Virus record (IMG/VR): IMGVR_UViG_3300011335_000900
Coordinates: 1-64,000 of that record
Direction: 5' to 3' (one strand)
DNA length: 64,000 nucleotides
From: a virus
Shown here: one piece after another, positions 19,766-28,296 of the stretch
How the letters are laid out: each line of letters begins with the position of its first letter
Numbering within the stretch: the stretch's first letter is position 1
Translations under genes and position numbers: made by a program
Notes under the pieces: generated by a model
Databases searched by the model: none
The model's input: the letters and a program-made list of their open reading frames with translations, nothing else
What the model was told of the DNA's origin: nothing

Positions 19766-20034
19766 AATTAGATAATTTAAAACAATTAGTTAAAGAAGAA
19801 CTTAATCGTACTTTAAACGAAAATGTAAGAAACAATAAAGATATTAAAGCCGGAGAATATGAAATTACATATGAACCAATGATTGGAGAACCTAAAACTA
19901 TTACAGTTAAAGTAGAAGAGGACACTACTCCCCGTGATACAGAAAATTTTTGGAGAAGTTTATTATCTAAAACTAACAAAACATATAAATTAGAAGATCG
20001 TCAAAAGAAAATAAAAAAAATAGTAAAAAAATAA
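19762..20034 (+). CDS. Hypothetical protein with N-terminal tag
   Basis: MKLDNLKQLVKEELNRTLNE N-terminus is shared with 45239..45610. Confidence 0.55.
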   Translation: MKLDNLKQLVKEELNRTLNENVRNNKDIKAGEYEITYEPMIGEPKTITVKVEEDTTPRDTENFWRSLLSKTNKTYKLEDRQKKIKKIVKK

Positions 20035-20085
20035 CTTACAGACAGATTCATAGCCTGTCAACTTAAAAAAAATTATTAGAGATCT

Positions 20086-20116
20086 GTGGCCTCCTTTGGG
20101 AGGTCACTTTTTTTTT
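20086..20116 (+). terminator. Intrinsic terminator
   Basis: GTGGCCTCC-TTTG-GGAGGTCAC (9 bp, one G-U) followed by T9. Confidence 0.85.
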
Positions 20117-20126
20117 CGTATATTTA
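20096..20126 (+). promoter_or_regulatory. Putative Bacteroidota-type sigma70 promoter overlapping the terminator
   Basis: TTGG-N19-TATATTTA, 15 nt before ATG 20142. Confidence 0.55.
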
Positions 20127-20141
20127 AACATAAAATAAAAC

Positions 20142-21446
20142 ATGGACAAAAAAATAGTAATAGTAGGAGCAGGTGTAGCAGGTATAAATGCTGCAACTAA
20201 ATTAGTAGATAATGGTTATCCTGGAGAACTTATTACCATAATTGATATGGGTAAAGATCCATATAATCGCTTACCGGAGGAGGTAATGACAGGTATGCTA
20301 GGAGCTGGAGGATGGAGTGATGGCAAGTTAACTTACCATACAGCAATTGGTGGTGTATTATCAAAATACACAGGTGAGGAAAAAGCAATGGAATTGATGG
20401 ATCAAGTTATTACCAATTTTAAACGTTTCCACCCTAAACCAGAGGAAGTACAATGTTCAAACCCTGAATCTGAACCTGAATTTATTAAACCATACTTTGG
20501 TTTACGTTTGTTTCCTGTATGGCACGTAGGTACAGATTATCTATCTGAAATTGCTAAAAATTGGTACGATTATTTGGTATCTAAAGGTGTTGAATTTCAA
20601 TGGGAAACTAAAGTAACTAAAATTAATTTTAAACATAATATTGTAGTTACAAATGCTAGTGAAGTAGATAATTTTACTTTAGAATATGATGAACTTATAT
20701 TTGCAGTAGGTAAATCAGGAATTGATTTTGCTCAACAACTAGCAAACGAATATGAACTACCAGATGAACCTAAATCTGTACAAATTGGAGTTCGATTTGA
20801 GGCACCACAAGAACATTTTCAAAAATTAATTGATATTTCATATGACTTTAAGTTATATAGAAAATTTGAAGATAAAGGAGTATCATTACGTTCATTTTGC
20901 ACAAACAATAATGCAGCATTTGTTGCTGTAGAGGAAACATATGGTGATGTAAGTTACAATGGACATGCTAAAAAAGATCCTAAATATTTAAATGGAATGA
21001 CCAATTTTGGTATCTTAATGGAAATTAAAGGTATTGATAATCCATTTGAATGGTGTAGAGAAGCAGTTAAAAAAGTACAAATTGATGGAACTGGAACATA
21101 TTATAGCCCATCACGTAAACCATCATTAACATCAGAAGGTACAGATGTATCCTCGATTCAAGTAGAGGATTTAATGTATTTATATGATTCGTTAGGTGAA
21201 TATGCTCAATATATTGTTGATTTTATTGAAGATATGAAAAAAGTATTCCCTACACTTAAAGATGATTGGGGAATTTATATGCCGGAAGTTAAATATCTTT
21301 CACCAGAACCATTAGTAAATTATGAAGATCTTAGTTTAACAAAGTATCCTAACGTACATTTCGTAGGAGATGCTTTATCCGCTCGTGGTATAACAGTTTC
21401 GGGAGCGCATGGAGTTTATGTAGCAGAATCTATATTAAAAAACTAA
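20142..21446 (+). CDS. FAD-dependent oxidoreductase (COG2509-like)
   Basis: IVIVGAGVAG Rossmann motif; GAGGWSDGKL; RSFCTN; NGHA; NFGIL; C-terminal FVGD...GI. Confidence 0.8.
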   Translation: MDKKIVIVGAGVAGINAATKLVDNGYPGELITIIDMGKDPYNRLPEEVMTGMLGAGGWSDGKLTYHTAIGGVLSKYTGEEKAMELMDQVITNFKRFHPKPEEVQCSNPESEPEFIKPYFGLRLFPVWHVGTDYLSEIAKNWYDYLVSKGVEFQWETKVTKINFKHNIVVTNASEVDNFTLEYDELIFAVGKSGIDFAQQLANEYELPDEPKSVQIGVRFEAPQEHFQKLIDISYDFKLYRKFEDKGVSLRSFCTNNNAAFVAVEETYGDVSYNGHAKKDPKYLNGMTNFGILMEIKGIDNPFEWCREAVKKVQIDGTGTYYSPSRKPSLTSEGTDVSSIQVEDLMYLYDSLGEYAQYIVDFIEDMKKVFPTLKDDWGIYMPEVKYLSPEPLVNYEDLSLTKYPNVHFVGDALSARGITVSGAHGVYVAESILKN

Positions 21447-21451
21447 TTAAT

Positions 21452-21580
21452 ATGAAAAAAGAGAAAAAACAACTTACAGAATCTGAATCAAAACAAATTG
21501 ATCAAGATATTCTTTTTATTCGTCAAGCTATTCAAAAAGCTAAAAAAATTTTAAAAGAAAAATATGGGAAGGATATCTAA
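21452..21580 (+). CDS. Small hypothetical protein (42 aa), not in ORF track
   Basis: MKKEKKQLTESESKQIDQDILFIRQAIQKAKKILKEKYGKDI; fills the gap after the oxidoreductase. Confidence 0.4.
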   Translation: MKKEKKQLTESESKQIDQDILFIRQAIQKAKKILKEKYGKDI

Positions 21581-21821
21581 ATTACTTGCCGAAGTTTTAG
21601 CTTCTAATTACATTAAAATTATAAAATCTTTATTAACCCAAATTAATTGGGATGATTTAGATAGTAATTTTTTAGATATAAAAGAAGCATGTCATGTGTT
21701 AATTAAAAATATTTCTAGTATAGGGGAATATGAAGGGGAAAATGCTTCAAAATATTTAAAATTATTAAAAGATGAAGCTAAAGATCTTATATATGTTTTA
21801 AAAAGTTTAACAAATTATTAA
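21564..21821 (+). CDS. Hypothetical protein
   Basis: ORF in + strand run; no recognisable motif. Confidence 0.4.
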   Translation: MGRISKLLAEVLASNYIKIIKSLLTQINWDDLDSNFLDIKEACHVLIKNISSIGEYEGENASKYLKLLKDEAKDLIYVLKSLTNY

Positions 21822-21845
21822 AAATAAATATATAAAATAAAAGTT

Positions 21846-22385
21846 ATGAAAATAGGATTTTGCGGCACAATTTCAGTAGGTAAAACTACATTAGTTAATG
21901 CTTTAAAAGAACTACCAGAGTTTGCAGACTATCATTTTGCAACAGAGCGTTCAAAATATTTACGTGATTTGGGTATTCCATTAAACACAGATTCAACATT
22001 AAAAGGTCAACTTATATTTTTAGCTGAACGAGCTAGTGAATTACTTCATAAAAATATAATAACAGATCGTACAGTAATTGATGTTATGGCATTTAGTCAT
22101 TTATCAACTACTATCCCATTTTTTATATCTGCTGATTTAAATAAGGCTGTATCTGAATTAATACGAGATTATGATTACATATTTTATGTTTCACCTGAAG
22201 GTGTAGAACTAGAGGATAATGGAGTTCGTGTAGTAGATTCTAAATATAGAATAAAACTTGATAAAACTATTAAAAAATTACTAGAACAACATAAATCTAA
22301 ACTTAATACTATTAAAGGATATTCTGAACTATCAGGCACTACTGAGGAAAGAATACAAAAAATTAAACAAGTAATGTCCCTTTAA
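21846..22385 (+). CDS. P-loop nucleoside/nucleotide kinase (AAA_28, NadR/Ttd14-like)
   Basis: MKIGFCGTISVGKTT; ITDRTVID; YDYIFY...EDNGVR. Confidence 0.75.
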   Translation: MKIGFCGTISVGKTTLVNALKELPEFADYHFATERSKYLRDLGIPLNTDSTLKGQLIFLAERASELLHKNIITDRTVIDVMAFSHLSTTIPFFISADLNKAVSELIRDYDYIFYVSPEGVELEDNGVRVVDSKYRIKLDKTIKKLLEQHKSKLNTIKGYSELSGTTEERIQKIKQVMSL

Positions 22386-22406
22386 TATTTATTAATAAAA
22401 TACAAT

Positions 22407-23336
22407 ATGAAACAGACTCGATTACTTGAAATTATACGTGAAGAAATAGCTGGTGCTTTAAACGAAGCTGGACTTTTTACCTTAAAAGTACCTACAGATT
22501 CTAAAAAAGGTCTCCCCCAAACAACCGACCCTGATGATTCAACAGAAAAATCTCCAGATTTTTTAAAAAAATATAAAAAAGTAACTGAATCCGAAGAACT
22601 TGAAGAAGATACTTTAAATGAAGTTCCTGATTTTGGAGGTAGATATGATCAACAAGTAGCAGCAAAATATGGTGAAGATCAAACACTAGAAGATGCTACA
22701 AAAGATATAACAGATGAAATACTTAAAGATATGGGTGTTTCAAGAGATGACCTTAAAAAAGATGCAGATAAGGCAAAAGACGTACTTAAAGCTATCCGCT
22801 CTAAAGTAGTTGGTAAAGCTAGAGACCCAAGAGTTGCTAAAGCTTTAGAAAAACAAGAAGAATTTGATAATTCAGGTAATGCCCTTCAAGCAAACCAAAC
22901 AAACAATGCAATTTTAAAAGCACTAGGATTAAAAGAACCAGGACAACGTGGTAGAAAAGCTAGTGAAAAATCTGAACCTAAAGAAAAATCTACTAAAGCA
23001 AAATCTGAACCTAAAACAAAATCAGAACCTAAAGCAAAAGAAAGTAAAACAGATGCAGGAACAGATGACGAAGGAAATAAAGTAGAAATAGATACTACTG
23101 TTAAAACTCTTACAGGTGATAAAGAAATTGAAATTAAATTAAAAGATGTTATTTCTAAGAAAAAAGATAAATTAAAAGCAGCTTTAAAATCAAAAGATCA
23201 AGAAACATACAATAAAGAAAAAGCAGCTTTAAAGCAATTTTTAGAAAAAACAGAAATTGCAAAATATATTAAGAAAAAAACAGTTGATAAAGTTAATCCA
23301 TATACACTCTCTAATATAGAAAATGAGATAAAATAA
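22407..23336 (+). CDS. Charged putative head-internal protein
   Basis: MKQTRLLEIIREEIAGALNE tag; further VTE/LEE/LNE sites; KSEPK repeats; late motif at 22385. Confidence 0.5.
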   Translation: MKQTRLLEIIREEIAGALNEAGLFTLKVPTDSKKGLPQTTDPDDSTEKSPDFLKKYKKVTESEELEEDTLNEVPDFGGRYDQQVAAKYGEDQTLEDATKDITDEILKDMGVSRDDLKKDADKAKDVLKAIRSKVVGKARDPRVAKALEKQEEFDNSGNALQANQTNNAILKALGLKEPGQRGRKASEKSEPKEKSTKAKSEPKTKSEPKAKESKTDAGTDDEGNKVEIDTTVKTLTGDKEIEIKLKDVISKKKDKLKAALKSKDQETYNKEKAALKQFLEKTEIAKYIKKKTVDKVNPYTLSNIENEIK

Positions 23337-23337
23337 A

Positions 23338-23697
23338 ATGGAGAATAAAATATTTCAAATAAAGTTATCCCATCTTATCATAGGTGGGATACTTTTGTTG
23401 TTAACAATATTTTTACTTAAATGTAATGTTACTCCAACATTTGTCAACACATATGATAAAGAAAAAAAAGAAATAGACAGTTTACAAGTTGAAATTAGTA
23501 AATTAAAACAATCACAACTTAAATTAAATAAAGATATAGATAAACAAATATTAATCACAGATTCATTAAATAAAGAAATTAAAATTACAGAAAAAGAGCT
23601 AACACAAACACGCACATATTATGCTAACAAAATTAAAAATATTAATAGTTCTTCTCCTTCTGAGCTTAACGAGTTTTTCACAGAAAGATACAAGTAA
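23338..23697 (+). CDS. Membrane-anchored coiled-coil protein, candidate spanin subunit
   Basis: N-terminal hydrophobic helix ending LLKC, then coiled coil; overlaps the next ORF in another frame, as in Rz/Rz1. Confidence 0.5.
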   Translation: MENKIFQIKLSHLIIGGILLLLTIFLLKCNVTPTFVNTYDKEKKEIDSLQVEISKLKQSQLKLNKDIDKQILITDSLNKEIKITEKELTQTRTYYANKIKNINSSSPSELNEFFTERYK

Positions 23698-24049
23698 AAT
23701 TTGCTTTTCATACAGTAAAGCAAAACAAATAGCAATTGACTTAGTTAAGGGAGATTCAGCTATAGCAGAATTAAAAATCACAAATAAATTAGTTTGGCAA
23801 TTAAACGAAAAAATTAATACTCAAGATAGTACTATTACACTTTACATAGCTAAAGAACAAAATTATATTAGTCAAATAAACAATTACGATAAAATTTCCA
23901 CTAAAAAAGACGAAATAATAACGGGTCTTGAAAAAGATGTTACTAAATTAACTAAAAAAAATAACCGTTTAAAATCAGGACTTAAATACCTTGGTGGAGG
24001 ATTCGTGGCTTCCATACTTACTATTATTACCTTGACATTAATTAAGTAA
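23621..24049 (+). CDS. Signal-peptide coiled-coil protein with C-terminal TM, candidate spanin partner
   Basis: MLTKLKILIVLLLLSLTSFS|Q signal peptide; coiled coil; C-terminal YLGGGFVASILTIITLTLIK. Confidence 0.5.
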   Translation: MLTKLKILIVLLLLSLTSFSQKDTSKICFSYSKAKQIAIDLVKGDSAIAELKITNKLVWQLNEKINTQDSTITLYIAKEQNYISQINNYDKISTKKDEIITGLEKDVTKLTKKNNRLKSGLKYLGGGFVASILTIITLTLIK

Positions 24050-25647
24050 TGGCTGAAGATCTAAAAAAAGCGATAAGAGAAGAATATGTAAGATGTGCAA
24101 CATCTCCGGCATACTTTATGAAAAAGTATTGCTATATTCAACATCCAAAACGTGGTAGAATTCAATTTAATCTTTACCAATTTCAAGAAAAAGTATTAAC
24201 TTTATTCCAAGAAAATCCGTACTCAATGGTTTTGAAATCTAGGCAACTAGGAATTTCAACTTTATGTGCTGGTTATTCTTTATGGATGATTATTTTTCAT
24301 CAAGATAAAAATATACTTTGTATTGCTACAAAGCAAGAAACAGCTAAAAACATGGTTACCAAAGTAAGGTTCATGTATGAAAGTTTACCTTCTTGGCTTA
24401 AAGAAAAAGATAAACCTACCGAAGACAATAAATTAACATTACGCTTAAAAAACGGATCTCAAATTAAAGCAACAGCAGCATCAAGTGATGCAGGCCGTTC
24501 AGAAGCCGTTTCTTTGCTAATTATAGATGAGGCCGCATTCATTAACAATATTGGAGAAATATGGGCTTCAGCACAGCAAACATTAGCTACAGGTGGTGGA
24601 TGTATTGCTTTATCTACTCCTTATGGTACAGGTAATTGGTTCCACCAAACATGGGTTGCTGCCGAAATGTCAGAAAACAGTTTTTTACCAATTAAATTAC
24701 CTTGGCAAGTTCACCCTGAACGAGATCAAGTATGGAGAGATAGACAAGATTCTGACTTAGGAATTAGAATGGCAGCACAAGAATGTGACTGTGACTTTTC
24801 TACATCTGGAGATACTGTATTTTATTCTGACGATATAACATTTTACGAAAAAACATTTATAAAAGATCCATTAGAAAAACGAGGAGTAGACCAAAATCTA
24901 TGGATTTGGGAACCTGCAGATTATTCAAAAAATTATTTAATTGTGGCTGATGTAGCCCGAGGAGATGGAAAAGACTATTCTGCGTTTCACATATTTGATG
25001 TAGAAACATTCACTCAAGTAGGAGAATATAGGGGACAAATTGGTACAAAAGAATATGGTCATATGTTAGTAGGTATGGCTACAGAATACAATAATGCTTT
25101 ACTTGCAGTAGAAAATTCTAACATAGGATGGTCTACTATTCAAACTATTTTAGATAGAGGTTACCAAAACTTCTACTATTCACCTAAAGGTGGAAATATG
25201 AGTACCGATTCTTATTTTGATCCATATATGGATACAAGTAGAATGACACCTGGATTCTCTATGACTACAAATACTCGACCTATTGCTATTGGTAAATTTC
25301 AAGAAGCAATACAAGATAAAGGAGTTACTTTTTACTCTAATCGATTACTAGAGGAAATGAAAGTATTTATATGGAGAAATGGTAGAGCAGAAGCCCAATC
25401 AGGCTATAATGATGACTTAATGATGGCATTTGCTATAGGTTGTTATTTACGTGATACCTCATTTAAATTTAGACAGTCAAATATGGATATGACTAGAAGT
25501 ATGCTTAACGCTATATCAACTAATACCGCTAAATATTCGGGTGGGTATTCTTCTGGAGCAGCATATGCAGACAAATACAATAACAATCCATTTAATATTG
25601 ATAACCCTTATTCAAACGAACAAGAAGATATTTCTTGGCTTCTTTGA
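24049..25647 (+). CDS. terL: Terminase large subunit (T4 gp17-like)
   Basis: LKSRQLGIST Walker A; LLIIDEAAF Walker B; STPYG motif III; nuclease ADVARGDGKDYS and NDDLMMA. Confidence 0.95.
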   Translation: MAEDLKKAIREEYVRCATSPAYFMKKYCYIQHPKRGRIQFNLYQFQEKVLTLFQENPYSMVLKSRQLGISTLCAGYSLWMIIFHQDKNILCIATKQETAKNMVTKVRFMYESLPSWLKEKDKPTEDNKLTLRLKNGSQIKATAASSDAGRSEAVSLLIIDEAAFINNIGEIWASAQQTLATGGGCIALSTPYGTGNWFHQTWVAAEMSENSFLPIKLPWQVHPERDQVWRDRQDSDLGIRMAAQECDCDFSTSGDTVFYSDDITFYEKTFIKDPLEKRGVDQNLWIWEPADYSKNYLIVADVARGDGKDYSAFHIFDVETFTQVGEYRGQIGTKEYGHMLVGMATEYNNALLAVENSNIGWSTIQTILDRGYQNFYYSPKGGNMSTDSYFDPYMDTSRMTPGFSMTTNTRPIAIGKFQEAIQDKGVTFYSNRLLEEMKVFIWRNGRAEAQSGYNDDLMMAFAIGCYLRDTSFKFRQSNMDMTRSMLNAISTNTAKYSGGYSSGAAYADKYNNNPFNIDNPYSNEQEDISWLL

Positions 25648-25677
25648 TTTATTTCATATGTATAATAAAATAAATAT

Positions 25678-26349
25678 ATGAAAATTTGTACTAAGTGTAA
25701 TCTAAAAAAACCTATCCTAGAATTTTATTCTACTAAAAAAGGACATGAAAGTAGATGCAAAGAATGTAAACAAAACTACATTAAAGAAAATAATAAAAAA
25801 TACGGAAAAGAATATTTTTTAGAAAATACAAGAAAATATAAACAAAATAATAAAGAAAAAATTTTACAAGATCAAAGAACATATTATTATAATAATAAAG
25901 AATATTGGTTAAATAATTCTAAAAGAAAAGAATATTTAAAAAATTGGAGTTCTATTAACCGTAAAAAACTTAATGAGTATGCTTTAGATAGATATAAAAA
26001 TAATGAGCAATTTAAATTAAGTATTGTCTTAAGAAATAGATTTAAACAAGCTATTAAAGGATTTACTATTGGTAATATTGAAACACTAATAGGATGTTCT
26101 ATAGAAGAATGTAAAATATATTTAGAAAATTTATTTTATATTGAAATGTCATGGGAAAATCATGGTGATATATGGGAAATAGATCATATCAAACCATGTT
26201 CTTCTTTTGATTTAACTGATATTAATCAACAAAAATTATGTTTCCATTATACAAATATTCAACCACTATTTAAAACAACAGAAATAGCAGAAAATTTTGG
26301 ATATTTAAATCAAATTGGAAACCGAAATAAAAGTAATAAATTTATATAA
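25678..26349 (+). CDS. Free-standing HNH-type homing endonuclease
   Basis: N-terminal CxxC...CxxC; K/Y-rich linker; WEIDHIKP...HYTNIQPL...N..K; lies between terminase and portal. Confidence 0.75.
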   Translation: MKICTKCNLKKPILEFYSTKKGHESRCKECKQNYIKENNKKYGKEYFLENTRKYKQNNKEKILQDQRTYYYNNKEYWLNNSKRKEYLKNWSSINRKKLNEYALDRYKNNEQFKLSIVLRNRFKQAIKGFTIGNIETLIGCSIEECKIYLENLFYIEMSWENHGDIWEIDHIKPCSSFDLTDINQQKLCFHYTNIQPLFKTTEIAENFGYLNQIGNRNKSNKFI

Positions 26350-26358
26350 AAACAAATC

Positions 26359-28257
26359 ATGGCAGACACAGGCTTATTTAAAAGATTACAACGTTTATTT
26401 TCAACTGATGTTATTATCCGAAATGAAGGAGATAATAAACTAAAAGTATTTGACATCAACAAAATACAAGTTTCAGGAGAATATGAAACAAATTCCCTAG
26501 TAGACCGATTTTCTAGAATATTTACAAACTCAAACACTTCAATTTATGGATACCAAAGTAGTTTCAACTATCAAACAATACGCCCTACGCTTTATTCTGA
26601 ATATGACTCAATGGATACAGATGCTATTGTCGCCTCTGCTTTAGATATAATTGCTGATGAAAGTACATTACGTAATGATATGGGAGAAGTACTTCAAATA
26701 CGTAGCTCCGATGAAGATGTACAAAAAATACTATATAATTTATTTTACGATGTATTAAATATAGAATTTAATCTATGGCCATGGGTTAGAAATATGTTGA
26801 AATATGGAGATTTCTTTTTAAAATTAGAAATAGCAGAAAAATTTGGTGTATATAATGTTATCCCATACAATGCATTTCATATTGAAAGACAAGATGGATA
26901 CGATAAAGAACATCCTGCATCTATAAGATTTAAATTTGACCCAGATGGAATTACAGCTGCCTCAAGTTATGGATTCTACAATGTTCCAAATTCTGGAAAT
27001 CAAGCAAATGCTATTTATTTTGATAATTATGAAATGGCTCACTTTCGTTTATTAACGGATACTAACTTTTTACCTTATGGTAGATCTTATTTAGAACCAG
27101 GACGTAAATTATTTAAACAATACACTATGATGGAGGATGCAATGCTAATCCATAGAATTGTTAGAGCACCAGAAAAACGTATATTTTATATCAATGTAGG
27201 AAATATTGCACCTGCTGAGGTAGAAAACTTTATGCAGAAAACGATTTCAAAGATGAAACGTACTCCATACATTGATCAAGAAACCGGCGATTACAATTTA
27301 AAATACAACATGCAAAACTTGCTTGAAGATTTTTATATTCCTGTTAGAGGAACAGATCAAGCAACTAAAATAGATAATTTAGGTGGTTTACAATATGATG
27401 GAATCCAAGATGTTGAGTATTTAAGAGACAAATTATTTGCTGCTTTAAAAGTACCTAAAGCATTTATGGGCTACGAAAAAGATTTAACAGGTAAAGCTAC
27501 ATTAGCGGCTGAAGATATTCGTTTTGCTCGTACAGTTGAACGCATACAACGCATTATGGTGTCTGAATTAACTAAAATCGCATTAGTACATTTATACGCG
27601 CAGGGATACACAGATGAAAGTTTAACTAATTTTACTCTTTCATTAACAACCCCTTCAATCATTTACGATCAAGAAAGAGTTGCTTTACTAAAAGAAAAAG
27701 TAGATCTAGCTGCTCAAATGATCGAGCAAAAAATTATGTCTACAGATTGGATATATGAAAATATTTTCCATTTAAGTGAAGACCAATACGATGAAAATAG
27801 AGACTTGCTTATTCAGGATGCTAAACGTAAGTTTAGAATAACTCAAATTGAAAACGAAGGTAATGATCCATTAGAAACAGGTAAATCTTATGGAACACCA
27901 CATGATTTAGCTTCCCTATATGGTAGAAGTAGATATGAAGATGGTGAGGTTCCTGTTGGATATGACGAAAAAGAAACTTTAGGCAGACCAGCAGAAAAAG
28001 TAACTGATAGAAATACTCAAGATAATGCTTTTGGCAAAGACAGAATTGGAGCATCAGGTATGAAAAAAGATAATGATGAATCAGATTCTATTAAACCTAA
28101 ATATCAAGGTGGGTCTCCATTGGCGCTAGAAACTAAAAATACTAGAAATAAAAATTCTAAAATGTTTAATGATATTAAAAATCAAAAGAAACAAATGATT
28201 TTTGAAGCAGATATTAAAGGAAATTCATTATTAGATGAATCACAGATACGAGAGTAA
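26359..28257 (+). CDS. Portal protein (T4 gp20-like)
   Basis: YGRSYLE; MEDAMLIHRIVRAPEKRIFYINVGN; EDFYIPVRG; LFAALKVPK; EDIRFAR. Confidence 0.93.
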   Translation: MADTGLFKRLQRLFSTDVIIRNEGDNKLKVFDINKIQVSGEYETNSLVDRFSRIFTNSNTSIYGYQSSFNYQTIRPTLYSEYDSMDTDAIVASALDIIADESTLRNDMGEVLQIRSSDEDVQKILYNLFYDVLNIEFNLWPWVRNMLKYGDFFLKLEIAEKFGVYNVIPYNAFHIERQDGYDKEHPASIRFKFDPDGITAASSYGFYNVPNSGNQANAIYFDNYEMAHFRLLTDTNFLPYGRSYLEPGRKLFKQYTMMEDAMLIHRIVRAPEKRIFYINVGNIAPAEVENFMQKTISKMKRTPYIDQETGDYNLKYNMQNLLEDFYIPVRGTDQATKIDNLGGLQYDGIQDVEYLRDKLFAALKVPKAFMGYEKDLTGKATLAAEDIRFARTVERIQRIMVSELTKIALVHLYAQGYTDESLTNFTLSLTTPSIIYDQERVALLKEKVDLAAQMIEQKIMSTDWIYENIFHLSEDQYDENRDLLIQDAKRKFRITQIENEGNDPLETGKSYGTPHDLASLYGRSRYEDGEVPVGYDEKETLGRPAEKVTDRNTQDNAFGKDRIGASGMKKDNDESDSIKPKYQGGSPLALETKNTRNKNSKMFNDIKNQKKQMIFEADIKGNSLLDESQIRE

Positions 28258-28296
28258 ATAATCTCCATATATTTATAAATAAACAAATATAATAGA

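Noticed and set aside
20041-20076. Formal call as a preQ1-I riboswitch
   Set aside because: Loop sequence and length do not fit the consensus, and no queuosine gene follows; kept only as an unclassified structured-RNA candidate.
25648-26358. Group I intron or intein around the HNH genes (also 57382-58134)
   Set aside because: Terminase, portal and PolA each appear complete on their own side, and the flanks are too short for a ribozyme core.
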